Source of the DNA: a virus
IMG/VR virus record: IMGVR_UViG_3300005613_000045
Location: 1-64,000 of that record
Length of the DNA: 64,000 bases
Reading direction: 5' to 3' (one strand)
Shown here piece after piece: positions 53,928 through 63,630 of the stretch (position 1 is the stretch's first letter; every line of letters starts with the position of its first letter). The notes beneath the pieces were generated by a model. The model searched no databases. It saw only the letters and a program-made list of their open reading frames with translations, and was not told where the DNA came from. Position numbers and translations under genes: made by a program.

Positions 53928-54708
53928 GCATTAAAACAACCCAACGTTCTCTCAGATTTGTGGGTAGCAGTTGTTTGTTGAGAGTTATCTCTTCTTGCGC
54001 AGCATCAAGATCTTTTTCCAAGATGTATTCTAGTATAGCTCCGCGAGAAGCACCTGTGATCTCAGCAACCTCACTCAAAAAATCTGCTACATCATAAGGA
54101 ATTCTTACACTTTTCAGTTCCTCCCTTTTTCCAACTTCGACAACCTGTGCAACTTCTAGCGCAAGTTTATTAGCTGCTCGAATGATTTCATTCTGGGGGA
54201 ATCCTAACAATGTGTGCTCAACATAACTTACGATAGTCAAACGATCTTCTCTAGTCTCTGAAATAGCATCCAAGTAATTTTGAATACGCTTGTGAAGAGA
54301 TTTCTTTATCGTTACTACTTTTGTAAGCGGCCTTGTTTTTGCTGAACTATCTATGTTGAGTGCTTGTTCTTGAATCCAGGGAAAAATTTCTGGATTAGTT
54401 TTTAGCGTTACTAGATTGTCTTGGATGATGATAGTAGATATGATGTGCATTCTTGTTCTATAAGATGATGCCATATCTTTAACCCAAAGTTGCACCCATT
54501 TCGGTACGCCGAACGATCCCATTACTGTGAGATTTAGATCACTCAAGTAATCATAGGCTTCTACACTTTCTTCTGTAAGACTATTATTATGTTCACGAAA
54601 CAAATAATCTAGCAAAGCTGCTGGTCTAATCTGCAAAGTTGTACAGAGTTCTCTAAATTCTTTTGCAACTGTGGCTTCGCATAGAATGCGTCCTCTATTT
54701 TTTGACAT
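53881..54708 (-). CDS. Hypothetical protein (start refined to ATG 54708 with an AAAGGAG RBS)
   Basis: ORF 53881..54798; the internal ATG sits after the stop of the upstream gene. Confidence 0.5.
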   Translation of the reverse strand: MSKNRGRILCEATVAKEFRELCTTLQIRPAALLDYLFREHNNSLTEESVEAYDYLSDLNLTVMGSFGVPKWVQLWVKDMASSYRTRMHIISTIIIQDNLVTLKTNPEIFPWIQEQALNIDSSAKTRPLTKVVTIKKSLHKRIQNYLDAISETREDRLTIVSYVEHTLLGFPQNEIIRAANKLALEVAQVVEVGKREELKSVRIPYDVADFLSEVAEITGASRGAILEYILEKDLDAAQEEITLNKQLLPTNLRERWVVLMRDLIELDKESKRLEE

Positions 54709-54719
54709 GCTCACTCCTT

Positions 54720-55154
54720 TTAAATCTTTTGAAAATCTACTGCCTCGGAGTAATACCCATTCGATCCCCCATACCAGCGAATCGTAACTGCTCCCCAAAC
54801 AGTAGCCAGTTTATAAAATGTCCAAGTATAAGAATCAGAGGGATACTCTGGATGAGATGTTCCTTCAGGTGTTTCATCTTGATAAGAAATTTCTTCTGCT
54901 AATAGGATAGGTCCATGCCCAACAAGGTCATTAAGATCACCACAAATATCTTCGATATAAACATATTCGCAACACTCCTGAGTATGCCATAGTTTATATT
55001 GATCACCATTATCAACAGTAAAAATTATTTGTTCGTCATCATTAATAACTTCGACAGCAGTTAAAGTTTGTCCTTCTAGAATCTCGAATGAGTCCATTGT
55101 ATTTCTCCTCTCGAATAGTACAACTATTCTAGCATACATTTGTGATCGTGTCAA
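54720..55154 (-). CDS. Hypothetical protein
   Basis: 144-aa ORF. Confidence 0.5.
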   Translation of the reverse strand: MTRSQMYARIVVLFERRNTMDSFEILEGQTLTAVEVINDDEQIIFTVDNGDQYKLWHTQECCEYVYIEDICGDLNDLVGHGPILLAEEISYQDETPEGTSHPEYPSDSYTWTFYKLATVWGAVTIRWYGGSNGYYSEAVDFQKI

Positions 55155-55396
55155 GAAGCTTTCAGAGATATAACTGTTGCTGTAGAATCTTTCTTCACGC
55201 CCACCTTGTAAGATGTTACAATAAGTTCTTGATCCTCACACTCTTCCAGAGTATACTTACCTCCTACTACAGCACGCACAGCCTTCTCTGTGTCCTGCAT
55301 TCCTACAGTCTTGCAGACTTGAATGTTTCCCTCAGTATAAGAAGCAGCAGGACCAGTAACGAGCACTACACACACTTCGTTTTTTATTTTTGCCAT
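55151..55396 (-). CDS. Hypothetical protein
   Basis: 81-aa ORF. Confidence 0.45.
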   Translation of the reverse strand: MAKIKNEVCVVLVTGPAASYTEGNIQVCKTVGMQDTEKAVRAVVGGKYTLEECEDQELIVTSYKVGVKKDSTATVISLKAS

Positions 55397-55944
55397 ATAT
55401 TTTGTACTCGTTCAGGCATAATATCTAGAAGAGCATCTACAGAGTTCCCAATGTCTACGATTAAAGATTTCTCAGTGAGCATTCCACCAGCCGTAGCCAA
55501 CATTGAAACTGCCAGACGAATCATATAGTAAAGCATTTCTCTTGAAGGTATCTGTTTATTAGATTTATAAAAGATCTCTGTATTTTCAAACAGTTTCAAA
55601 CTATGCAGAGCAATTCCTCGTTGGGCTGTCTCGATATAATCATATCCCCAAGAAAGTAACACACCATAAGTAGCCATGTATACAACAATCTCTGCAAAAT
55701 CATCACAGAGTAGGTCTTCTTTAGGTAGAAGGATGTGAAGAATTTCGTGAGTCAGTGCATACATTCGATACTCTGTGTGTTGGTCAGCAGGAAGTACGAT
55801 TGATTTGAAAAGCTTTCCTGTATTCAAACCACCTGTGTCTTTTGGTAAAACTTTATAAATAATTTTGTATCCGAGCAGAGTAGCAATCTTTTTTAATTGT
55901 TCAAATAGCTCTACTTCTGGAATCCTGTTAACTGTTTTACTCAC
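55384..55944 (-). CDS. ImmA/IrrE-like (DUF955) HExxH metallopeptidase
   Basis: YALTHEILHILL matches the AHELGHxLLH zinc-binding motif. Confidence 0.5.
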   Translation of the reverse strand: MSKTVNRIPEVELFEQLKKIATLLGYKIIYKVLPKDTGGLNTGKLFKSIVLPADQHTEYRMYALTHEILHILLPKEDLLCDDFAEIVVYMATYGVLLSWGYDYIETAQRGIALHSLKLFENTEIFYKSNKQIPSREMLYYMIRLAVSMLATAGGMLTEKSLIVDIGNSVDALLDIMPERVQNIWQK

Positions 55945-56263
55945 TATACAAATCCTCCTGTTGGTTTAGAAAAACTCTGATCGCTAAAGCAATATCAGAT
56001 TGCTCAAGCAAATTTTCTGTAAGCACTTCATAGACTTCTTGCAAGAGATTCAAGCTGGAAGCTTTAAAGGTTTCATCCACAGCAAAAGGACTAACGAACC
56101 AAGAAATTCTAGGCTCTTGGGCAAGTACACTATCTACTGTTTCAAGAATAGCAACACTCTCAGGATATAATTCTACAACATCCAGCGCTTCTTCAGAAGA
56201 TTCTGCCAACACTAGGAATGTTTTCTGGTGTGTTTCATTATAGGCTACAACAAATTTGCTCAT
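55937..56263 (-). CDS. Hypothetical acidic protein
   Basis: 108-aa ORF. Confidence 0.5.
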   Translation of the reverse strand: MSKFVVAYNETHQKTFLVLAESSEEALDVVELYPESVAILETVDSVLAQEPRISWFVSPFAVDETFKASSLNLLQEVYEVLTENLLEQSDIALAIRVFLNQQEDLYSE

Positions 56264-56276
56264 GTTTCCTCTCCTA

Positions 56277-56314
56277 TAATAGAGAGCGCTACATAACTGT
56301 AGCGCTCTCTATTA
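56277..56314 (-). other. 17-bp perfect inverted repeat hairpin in an intergenic gap
   Basis: TAATAGAGAGCGCTACA ... TGTAGCGCTCTCTATTA with a 4-nt loop. Confidence 0.5.
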
Positions 56315-56331
56315 ACAATAAATTCTACTAT

Positions 56332-56604
56332 TTACAAAAGTTCTTTATCATAATCAGTTGTAATCTCTTGCGGCTGATCTTCATAAGGTTCATCAGGAAC
56401 CACACCTACAACACTAAAGATTGTTTCCTTTACCTTATAGATGCCGCGCAGTGCTGCGATCCAGGCTAGACAATCTTTTTCCATCGCATCAATATCACCA
56501 GCAGTGAGCATAAAAGCTTTTTGCTTTGTGTTAGAAACTACAGTAGCCAGGACTTTTTCATAGTGTGAAGTAAGTTGGTCGATAGGATTCATTTGAGTAG
56601 TCAT
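56332..56604 (-). CDS. Hypothetical protein
   Basis: 90-aa ORF. Confidence 0.5.
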   Translation of the reverse strand: MTTQMNPIDQLTSHYEKVLATVVSNTKQKAFMLTAGDIDAMEKDCLAWIAALRGIYKVKETIFSVVGVVPDEPYEDQPQEITTDYDKELL

Positions 56605-56607
56605 TGT

Positions 56608-57165
56608 TTAATCTTCCTCATCATCTGTGTGTGTAAAATTTTTAAGGTACAGTTCGATCTCGGAAATAATATCCTCTTCCTCTACGTCATAGTCTGGAAC
56701 TCCTTCTTGTATGTCTGAATCGTCAGTAAACATTATACGTGTCTCCTCATCAAAGTAGGATTCTGATGAGAGAAACTTTGGCTTTTCCTGTGGTGAAAGT
56801 AAAGCCAAAAGAATCCAAGTTTCTGCTGTCTGTTTTAGAAAACGAACATCATCACTAATCATTGTCTTAGTACACAGTATCACTTCACCATCTGTTTTAT
56901 AAGTAAAAGAATAGGCTAGGATATAAAGAATATAATCTTTTTCTATAACACTTTTTGTTATGGAAGCTGAAGGATGTTCTACAACTTTTCCTTGATAGAC
57001 CACTACTGCACGTAAATATTTGTCCTCTAGTTCGTGTCCATAATCAGTAAGCGCTGAATCAAAACTACTTCCTAATGTTTTTTCAATGCTGTGATTTACC
57101 CAAGAAATCTCTAGCATATATTCTCCTCTCCGATAAGTTTTACCATCTTGTCTGAGATAAAGCAT
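56608..57165 (-). CDS. Hypothetical protein
   Basis: 185-aa ORF with an acidic C-terminus. Confidence 0.5.
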   Translation of the reverse strand: MLYLRQDGKTYRRGEYMLEISWVNHSIEKTLGSSFDSALTDYGHELEDKYLRAVVVYQGKVVEHPSASITKSVIEKDYILYILAYSFTYKTDGEVILCTKTMISDDVRFLKQTAETWILLALLSPQEKPKFLSSESYFDEETRIMFTDDSDIQEGVPDYDVEEEDIISEIELYLKNFTHTDDEED

Positions 57166-57566
57166 TCATCAAACTTAGTCCTAGCCCAGCGAACTTTCAT
57201 ATCTTCAGTATTTCCGCGATAAGTCAAATCAAAAATCATCATAGATCTATATCTTTTAGTTTTCGCATCTTTAGATATTGCAGATCGCATTGCTTGATAC
57301 GCTGCTAAAGCTGTAGCATATTTCTGTTCTCGGAAATCATCATCCTTATAACCAAACAACCAGAGAGCAAATACAGGTGGTGAAGAAGTTATTGCTTGGT
57401 CATTGATAATTTCTTTCAACTTTTTATTATGATCTTCTTGCAAAAGATACTTTGCAACTGTGTTTGCTACCTCTACAATATCAAAGCGCACCAAGTTAGC
57501 TACTTTATTTGTAGAGAACAACGCTTGATGAATAAGCGCAGCCAAATCTTTTTGTTTTGTGTCCAT
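57111..57566 (-). CDS. Hypothetical protein
   Basis: 151-aa ORF with an AGGAGA RBS, downstream of a consensus promoter. Confidence 0.5.
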   Translation of the reverse strand: MDTKQKDLAALIHQALFSTNKVANLVRFDIVEVANTVAKYLLQEDHNKKLKEIINDQAITSSPPVFALWLFGYKDDDFREQKYATALAAYQAMRSAISKDAKTKRYRSMMIFDLTYRGNTEDMKVRWARTKFDECFISDKMVKLIGEENIC

Positions 57567-57592
57567 ACTTTCTCCTAGTAAATACTAAAACT

Positions 57593-57621
57593 ATAATAGC
57601 ATAATTTTTCGATGATGTCAA
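57593..57621 (-). promoter_or_regulatory. sigma70-type promoter TTGACA-N17-TATTAT on the minus strand
   Basis: The reverse complement reads TTGACA tcatcgaaaaattatgc TATTAT, about 27 bp upstream of ATG 57566. Confidence 0.55.
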
Positions 57622-57624
57622 TAA

Positions 57625-57954
57625 CTAAATCTCTGGTTCAGTATCCTTAATCAATGAGGACACCAACTCAATAGCACAGGATTTACAGATAGTCATAGCG
57701 ACTTGTTCTAGTGCTGGCTCTTTATCCCATCCTTTAGGATATTTTTCTTCGAGTTCGTCAAGCTGAATCGTACAGTGTAGAGGTTTTGTAGACACAGGTT
57801 GTGTGTTCAATAGAACAACCAACCATGCTTTTAGTTGGATAGAATTAGCTAAGGCAGACTGCACTTCCCAAATAATAAACGGTGCAATACTTTCGAGTTT
57901 ATCTTTTAGTATTTGTTTCATTCTGCTGAATTTCCTCGTAGTTCTTCTTCCCAC
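57625..57954 (-). CDS. Hypothetical protein
   Basis: 109-aa ORF. Confidence 0.5.
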   Translation of the reverse strand: MGRRTTRKFSRMKQILKDKLESIAPFIIWEVQSALANSIQLKAWLVVLLNTQPVSTKPLHCTIQLDELEEKYPKGWDKEPALEQVAMTICKSCAIELVSSLIKDTEPEI

Positions 57955-58367
57955 ACCAGCATTTCATCTGTAAGCAATTCGTCGCTGGCAAATCTCAATT
58001 GTTCCTCTGTGTAATTATCAAAGTATTCCTCATCAATATCTCCAGGACTAATCGAAAGCCAACCAACAATTTCTGAAAGCGATTGGTTAGAAGCAAAATC
58101 ATATAGAGGCGAAGGATAAAAATCATCACCAGAGAATAGTAGATCACCTTTATAATAGAAATTATAGGTGAGCTTCCACCTAGATTGAAACGTTCCTTTA
58201 CCATCAAGCACAGGTTTGCCAAGAGCGATAATAAAATCTCCTTGCCAATCCCAAGCAACAATATCCCTAAGCTGCATCACCTTCTTTCTATTGATATGGA
58301 TGTCTTGTCCTAGTTTAAACTTTTCAAGAAGTGTACGACCTTTAAAAGTTGTAGGATAATTACTCAT
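57918..58367 (-). CDS. Hypothetical protein (start refined to ATG 58367, an ATGA overlap with the upstream stop and an AAGGAG RBS)
   Basis: ORF 57918..58457; the N-terminal 30 codons overlap the upstream gene. Confidence 0.5.
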   Translation of the reverse strand: MSNYPTTFKGRTLLEKFKLGQDIHINRKKVMQLRDIVAWDWQGDFIIALGKPVLDGKGTFQSRWKLTYNFYYKGDLLFSGDDFYPSPLYDFASNQSLSEIVGWLSISPGDIDEEYFDNYTEEQLRFASDELLTDEMLVWEEELRGNSAE

Positions 58368-58860
58368 CTTCATCTCCTTCATCTTCCCAAGTGTAATCAT
58401 CTTCATCATCTGCTTCGTTATCAACATTACTATCTTTAAGCTCCTGCATATAATCAAGTAGTTTATCTATATTACTATAAGCGTAATTTCCTAGAATTTC
58501 TCCCCATACTGCATCGAAATTTTCTTGCTCATTCCAAGACAAATCTTGTTCTGCGTAATCAAACCAGTCTTGGAAGTAGTATCGAACACCAATAATATTC
58601 CTATCACTATCAAGCTCTACGATAAAACCATCAGCAGGACCACCCCAGGACAGTTGCACTTGTACAATAAAAACAGTATGAAAATTTACATCTTCCACAT
58701 TCCAAGCAGGTGCTTGAATATTGAGCACTCCTTCCATATAATTGTCATACAAATCTTCGTATTTTTTATAATCGTCATCATCTGCATGATCTACGATCTC
58801 GTTAATATCCTGCATTGCACTAGCCATATAATCTTGAATACGTTCTGCACAAGTTGCCAT
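58360..58860 (-). CDS. Hypothetical highly acidic protein
   Basis: 166 aa, D/E-rich. Confidence 0.5.
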   Translation of the reverse strand: MATCAERIQDYMASAMQDINEIVDHADDDDYKKYEDLYDNYMEGVLNIQAPAWNVEDVNFHTVFIVQVQLSWGGPADGFIVELDSDRNIIGVRYYFQDWFDYAEQDLSWNEQENFDAVWGEILGNYAYSNIDKLLDYMQELKDSNVDNEADDEDDYTWEDEGDEDE

Positions 58861-58864
58861 AATG

Positions 58865-58966
58865 TTAGCCCTTCTTTACTGTTACATAAATCATAGCTAC
58901 TAGAACAATTAAACTACAGTAGAGACTCTTACATATAATAAAAGTCATCATAATCTTTTCGCTCAT
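58865..58966 (-). CDS. Candidate 33-aa hydrophobic mini-protein (MSEKIMMTFIICKSLYCSLIVLVAMIYVTVKKG)
   Basis: Hand-translated from the 107-bp gap between thyX and the next gene; an AGGA sits 9-13 nt upstream. Confidence 0.3.
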   Translation of the reverse strand: MSEKIMMTFIICKSLYCSLIVLVAMIYVTVKKG

Positions 58967-58967
58967 T

Positions 58968-59744
58968 TTATTTCATCCTTTCCATATCACTTAAAAGTTG
59001 TGCGATCATAGAATCACTAGACTGATCCAATTTATTATACTCTACATAGGCTTGACCAAGTATAGGAAAAGCCAGCATAAACATTCCCAAACCTGCTACA
59101 GCATACGCTCTATGTTCTACCTGTGCATGTTTATCAAGACGTTTGTTCAACCAATTCATAAAGCTCCAAGCATTTACAGTCCAGATAAATTCTGTATACA
59201 TACTCACAGGAAGCATACCGCGAATTTCTTCCCTCCTCCATCTGTGTGATGCAAGCATGTGTTCGTATCTATCAATACTCATCTCTGTTTGAAGAATATA
59301 CTCTGCGTGTTCATGGGTTACTCGTTCATCTAGAGGATTCTGGTCGCTATCTACAACACTATAATCTCCTCGCCTGTGGAAACTTTTAATATATTCATCA
59401 ACACCAGGATTCCAGCGAGGAACATAGTAGCTACGTTCTGCGACTGTGTAGCGCAAACTTTTTTCGCAAAAAGTTCCTATCCTATGTCGCATCCACTGAC
59501 GTGCTACAAAAATTGGTAGCTTAACTTTCCAGCGCATAACAATATGTTCTAGTGGTGTGTTATGCCCAAGCTCTAAAAGTTTTTTAAGGAGCTTGATGTC
59601 TTGATTATCTCCTGTAACTTCTGTACCTGTACAAATTCTAGCTGCTTCTATAGCTACCATCTCTGAAAAATTTCCTTCCAGAGACATATAACCAGTGTGA
59701 TCGAGCACTTGTGCATACCGATCTTCAAGAAAATAAATGTGCAT
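58968..59744 (-). CDS. thyX: Flavin-dependent thymidylate synthase ThyX
   Basis: RHRx7S signature (WMRHRIGTFCEKS); overall ThyX-like sequence, 258 aa. Confidence 0.9.
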   Translation of the reverse strand: MHIYFLEDRYAQVLDHTGYMSLEGNFSEMVAIEAARICTGTEVTGDNQDIKLLKKLLELGHNTPLEHIVMRWKVKLPIFVARQWMRHRIGTFCEKSLRYTVAERSYYVPRWNPGVDEYIKSFHRRGDYSVVDSDQNPLDERVTHEHAEYILQTEMSIDRYEHMLASHRWRREEIRGMLPVSMYTEFIWTVNAWSFMNWLNKRLDKHAQVEHRAYAVAGLGMFMLAFPILGQAYVEYNKLDQSSDSMIAQLLSDMERMK

Positions 59745-59752
59745 ATTACTCC

Positions 59753-60475
59753 TTAGTGATGACTTGAATATTCATACTCATCGGTAGGAAATCCTTCGCT
59801 GTACAATCTGTGCTTAATCCATCCACCCTCCCAATTTTTATGTCCTTCAAAATTATTGTCTGGCTCATTCAGCAATGAGGAATAAAAGTAGAAACTATCT
59901 TGTGCTCCATCTTGAACTACATGCAAGACTACTCGTTGCCCATCAGAGCTATTTCGCATCACTCGCATTTCATCTTGAATACAACGCTTAAGTGTCGGCC
60001 ACCAAGGAGATTTTCTCATATGCTGCATATTTTCTTTTGTTTTATCTGTACTAAATACCAGACGAGTTCTTGGTTTGTGTAGACGAGCAAGTTCTTTAAT
60101 TTTTGTAGGCTCCATAGATACGTACTCATCATTCGGGCACATATTATAATCCATCCACGCAGCCAAGTGTTCTCCAGGAAATACTACAGTAATAATATCT
60201 CTGGTGCCTACTGTTGCTACATTAAAACCATGAGGAGAAATCCTAAACATCACCTTACAAATATCCTCGAAAGCTACAACTTTGGAATAATCTACTTCTC
60301 CTCTCAAATGGTTCTTAAACATCCTGAAAGTTTTATCTGAGTAAAAGTAAAAGCTCTCTGAATATTTTGCTCCTTTCACTTGAAAATTTATAATCGTATA
60401 CACAGGTGGTTGTTCACCTGTGTAACTAGTTGCCAAAAATCTACGTATTTTAAATGATTCAAGATTGCAGTTCAT
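59753..60475 (-). CDS. Hypothetical protein
   Basis: 240-aa ORF. Confidence 0.55.
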   Translation of the reverse strand: MNCNLESFKIRRFLATSYTGEQPPVYTIINFQVKGAKYSESFYFYSDKTFRMFKNHLRGEVDYSKVVAFEDICKVMFRISPHGFNVATVGTRDIITVVFPGEHLAAWMDYNMCPNDEYVSMEPTKIKELARLHKPRTRLVFSTDKTKENMQHMRKSPWWPTLKRCIQDEMRVMRNSSDGQRVVLHVVQDGAQDSFYFYSSLLNEPDNNFEGHKNWEGGWIKHRLYSEGFPTDEYEYSSHH

Positions 60476-60496
60476 ACTAACCTCCTGTAGTTCTCC

Positions 60497-61312
60497 TTAT
60501 ACCAACAAGCGACGTTCAAGATATTTCACCAACATCTTTACAACTTCTTTTGTAGTACTTTCTTTAAACATCATACCTTTCTCTTTATAATGATTAGGAA
60601 CATTAACATCTTCTGGGTTCGAGCACAGCATCATCATAGCAAGAATATCATCGTGAATAAGTATACCCATTGCATGTTCTTTCATAGCATTTGTTAGTAG
60701 ACTGGGTACATAATATTTTTCTTCGATGTGAGAGAGCAAATGATTATCTGCCGTAGTATCTCCTAGCGATTCTCCTTCTTGAGTATACATACTACAGAGC
60801 CAACAATCACCACCATCTGGAAGAGGAATTTTTTGATTTGCCAATTGCTTGGCAAACGCTTTAGCATACTTGCGAATATCTTTTTTCAATTGTGTTTGAT
60901 AATTAAACTTTTCAATACTCATACCCCCTGTGACTGTACCATCTGCATGAATTGTAAGACCATTTTCAAATACTGCTTTTCGATCTTCTTTATCCCAGCC
61001 TGTGCCAAGAAACCACATACCTTTATCAGCTACCAACCGATAAGGTTTAGGAAGAAACATATTCATACGACCTTTGGTCAGTGGAGTATGCCAACCACCA
61101 GAGTCAAGAATAATATCTCCATTATCCTTGAGCGTTACAATATCTGTGGTGTGCAAACGAATAACAATCGTGTGCTCATCCTCACGAATAACTCTGGTGT
61201 TATTCATAAAAGGTCGGTCTGTTTTATCCCTTCCTTTCAACAAATATTCTGCTGCACACTCGTAACCATAATCAGCGTTCCGGCCCTGTGTAAAATATCC
61301 ATTAGATGTCAT
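60497..61312 (-). CDS. Hypothetical protein
   Basis: 271-aa ORF. Confidence 0.55.
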   Translation of the reverse strand: MTSNGYFTQGRNADYGYECAAEYLLKGRDKTDRPFMNNTRVIREDEHTIVIRLHTTDIVTLKDNGDIILDSGGWHTPLTKGRMNMFLPKPYRLVADKGMWFLGTGWDKEDRKAVFENGLTIHADGTVTGGMSIEKFNYQTQLKKDIRKYAKAFAKQLANQKIPLPDGGDCWLCSMYTQEGESLGDTTADNHLLSHIEEKYYVPSLLTNAMKEHAMGILIHDDILAMMMLCSNPEDVNVPNHYKEKGMMFKESTTKEVVKMLVKYLERRLLV

Positions 61313-61313
61313 G

Positions 61314-62012
61314 TTATTTATTCTCCTTAATCAAATAGTCCACAGTATTTTTTGCTTCAGACAATGCAAACTCTTCACTGATAAAACCATAACCATCTGC
61401 TACACAATCATCATCATCCCATACATAATCCTCCTCTTCTTCTACACAAGGATAAATTTCATACTTGTAATATTCTCCTCTCAAATATCTATCATAAGTA
61501 TCTACCTCTTGCCTTAAATATTCTTCTCCTCTCTCGATAAGTTTCTTGGACAACTTCTTGCGCTTGAATTCTTTTTTCAAATCCTCATAGGTTATATAAA
61601 TAAATCCTATCTGTCCGCTATCCCAAGGATCACAGAAAGGATAGTGACCACTAGAAGTAGACATACTGATTCCATTGTGATCATAAAGATAAAGAGGAAG
61701 CACGAGCGCAACTTTATTAAACACTGCCATCAATTCTTCTAGCGTAGCACCCCAGTTATAACCAAGCTGATTTCCTTTTCTTTCGCAATAACGTTCAAGT
61801 TTATCATACAAATCTTCATGATTGTCAGCCAAGAAAAAATAGATAAAATTTTCTGGACTGTTGTGCTTATGCTTATCTCCTAGAATATATCTATTGTGCC
61901 AGCACATCATCGTTCCAAAGTTATCCCACTCTCTAGGCGACTCGTCTTGATACACTTCATCATAATTAACAACAATCATGTGACCTTTGTAAAATTCTTC
62001 TAGCAGACTCAT
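61314..62012 (-). CDS. Hypothetical protein (start moved to ATG 62012 with an AAGGAG RBS, because a terminator occupies the annotated N-terminus)
   Basis: ORF 61314..62096; a hairpin-plus-T-tract terminator lies at 62071-62112. Confidence 0.5.
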   Translation of the reverse strand: MSLLEEFYKGHMIVVNYDEVYQDESPREWDNFGTMMCWHNRYILGDKHKHNSPENFIYFFLADNHEDLYDKLERYCERKGNQLGYNWGATLEELMAVFNKVALVLPLYLYDHNGISMSTSSGHYPFCDPWDSGQIGFIYITYEDLKKEFKRKKLSKKLIERGEEYLRQEVDTYDRYLRGEYYKYEIYPCVEEEEDYVWDDDDCVADGYGFISEEFALSEAKNTVDYLIKENK

Positions 62013-62070
62013 TGCAAACTCCTTAATATATAATCTACAATTGGTTCCAGGTATGTGAGAAACAAACAAC

Positions 62071-62112
62071 CAAAGATAATTAAAACACCGAGACATCCTT
62101 CACGTCTCGGTG
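62071..62112 (-). terminator. Rho-independent terminator (minus strand)
   Basis: 11-bp stem AACACCGAGAC/GTCTCGGTGTT with a 9-nt loop, then TTTAATTATCTT on the minus strand. Confidence 0.6.
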
Positions 62113-62133
62113 TTTTCTTGGAGTAGTAGTAAT

Positions 62134-62559
62134 TCATTTAAAATTCAATTGCATAAACCAAGTTGTATCCATCACCACAGAGTTTTCAGAAAACCAGAGT
62201 TCTATAATCTCTCCATCCTTTTCTTTAACCAAAAGAGATTGAATGTCTTGTACTTTATATCCTGTAGAATGTACAAGGTCTGCAACATCTAAAGTATCAA
62301 TGACCAGTGTATAAGTATCAGCAAAACTTTGCGCTTGTCTTTCTGCCCCATCAAACGGAAGTATTGCGTATTCATCATCATCAATAATTCTTTGATACTC
62401 ATCAGGCAGTTGTCGCAAAGTTCTTACATAAGCCTCGCTTGTTACTTGTTGTTGTTCTCCTACAAGATCAAGATCAATCACTATAGCCTCTACATAATCT
62501 GTTTTAAAGTATACTTCATCAACCATACCACCAGAGACAACAATAATAATCTTTTCCAT
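62134..62559 (-). CDS. Hypothetical protein
   Basis: 141-aa ORF. Confidence 0.5.
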   Translation of the reverse strand: MEKIIIVVSGGMVDEVYFKTDYVEAIVIDLDLVGEQQQVTSEAYVRTLRQLPDEYQRIIDDDEYAILPFDGAERQAQSFADTYTLVIDTLDVADLVHSTGYKVQDIQSLLVKEKDGEIIELWFSENSVVMDTTWFMQLNFK

Positions 62560-62564
62560 GTTAG

Positions 62565-62936
62565 TTATTCTTTCCCCTCATTATAAAACTTGATTACTCT
62601 TTCTTGAATATTAGGATCAAGAGCAGTAAACATTTTTGCAAAATGTTCAGCACACATAATCGCTGCATCACGAGTAAGACAAAGATGTGTCAGTACAGTA
62701 TCCACATAACCATTCACATAAGAAATTCTAATCTTATAAATATAATTCTCCTGATTAAATATACTTTTTTCCTGAGTAACGAAGATCCAATAAGCCCAAC
62801 CTGTGTAAGGTTGTTCAATAAGCGTTGTCTCAAAATATTCCATCGTATCTTTACTAAAGAAATATCTACCTGCGTTTTTATTTGCTTTCTTTAATTTCTT
62901 GCATGAGTAATCTTTTCTTGGTTTAAGAAGATACAT
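62565..62936 (-). CDS. Hypothetical protein
   Basis: 123-aa ORF. Confidence 0.5.
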   Translation of the reverse strand: MYLLKPRKDYSCKKLKKANKNAGRYFFSKDTMEYFETTLIEQPYTGWAYWIFVTQEKSIFNQENYIYKIRISYVNGYVDTVLTHLCLTRDAAIMCAEHFAKMFTALDPNIQERVIKFYNEGKE

Positions 62937-62938
62937 TT

Positions 62939-63355
62939 TTACTTGTCTCCCAGATTCAGATTCAAAGTAATTGTAGGTTTTGATTCTTCTTCTTGTCCTA
63001 GTTCTGAAGGAACGAACAAAGATAATGCTGCATGTTTTGCTTCAAATTCTACATCTCCTGAATACATACAGAACGCATAAGATTGTTTATCTGTATCCTC
63101 TCGATAAACTACAGCATCATAATCATTCACAGGAATAACCCACAACCTAACACATTTTTGATTCTGCACAGGGATGCTGTAAGGTGAATTTCCAATCCTC
63201 AAATCTATACCTACTGAAATATACGGGCCTTGGTATACATCATAAGGTTTTAATTCACCTCCTACAGCTTTAGCAATTGCTAGATGGATATTCCACACAT
63301 CACCATTAGAATCTTTTCCAGTTTCAGGATTGATCCAAGACATTTCACCAGTCAT
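62939..63355 (-). CDS. Hypothetical protein
   Basis: 138-aa ORF. Confidence 0.5.
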   Translation of the reverse strand: MTGEMSWINPETGKDSNGDVWNIHLAIAKAVGGELKPYDVYQGPYISVGIDLRIGNSPYSIPVQNQKCVRLWVIPVNDYDAVVYREDTDKQSYAFCMYSGDVEFEAKHAALSLFVPSELGQEEESKPTITLNLNLGDK

Positions 63356-63357
63356 AA

Positions 63358-63630
63358 TTATTCTTGCTCCTCATCTTCTTGTTCTTCTAGTCTTAACAAT
63401 TCTTCTTTGCGCTCATCGAGATAAGCATACTCATCCTCTAAAAGTTCTTGACAATAAGAAAGAATCGTTTCCAAATCTTCTATATTATCTTGCAAATTCT
63501 GTGGAAAAAGTGCGTCAGGTCTTTGATAATATGCTCTAGCCATATCATCAAGACAACGTCCTGTATCACAAAGTATATCTGTGTAATGTTCACAATCTTC
63601 TAGCGAATTTAGTTCTAGTTCGTGTGCCAT
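63358..63630 (-). CDS. Hypothetical acidic protein
   Basis: 90-aa ORF. Confidence 0.5.
   Translation of the reverse strand: MAHELELNSLEDCEHYTDILCDTGRCLDDMARAYYQRPDALFPQNLQDNIEDLETILSYCQELLEDEYAYLDERKEELLRLEEQEDEEQE

Noticed and set aside
61314-62096. Full-length 260-aa version of the minus-strand ORF
   Set aside because: The first 28 codons overlap an intrinsic terminator (62071-62112). An internal ATG at 62012 has a perfect AAGGAG RBS, so the start was moved.
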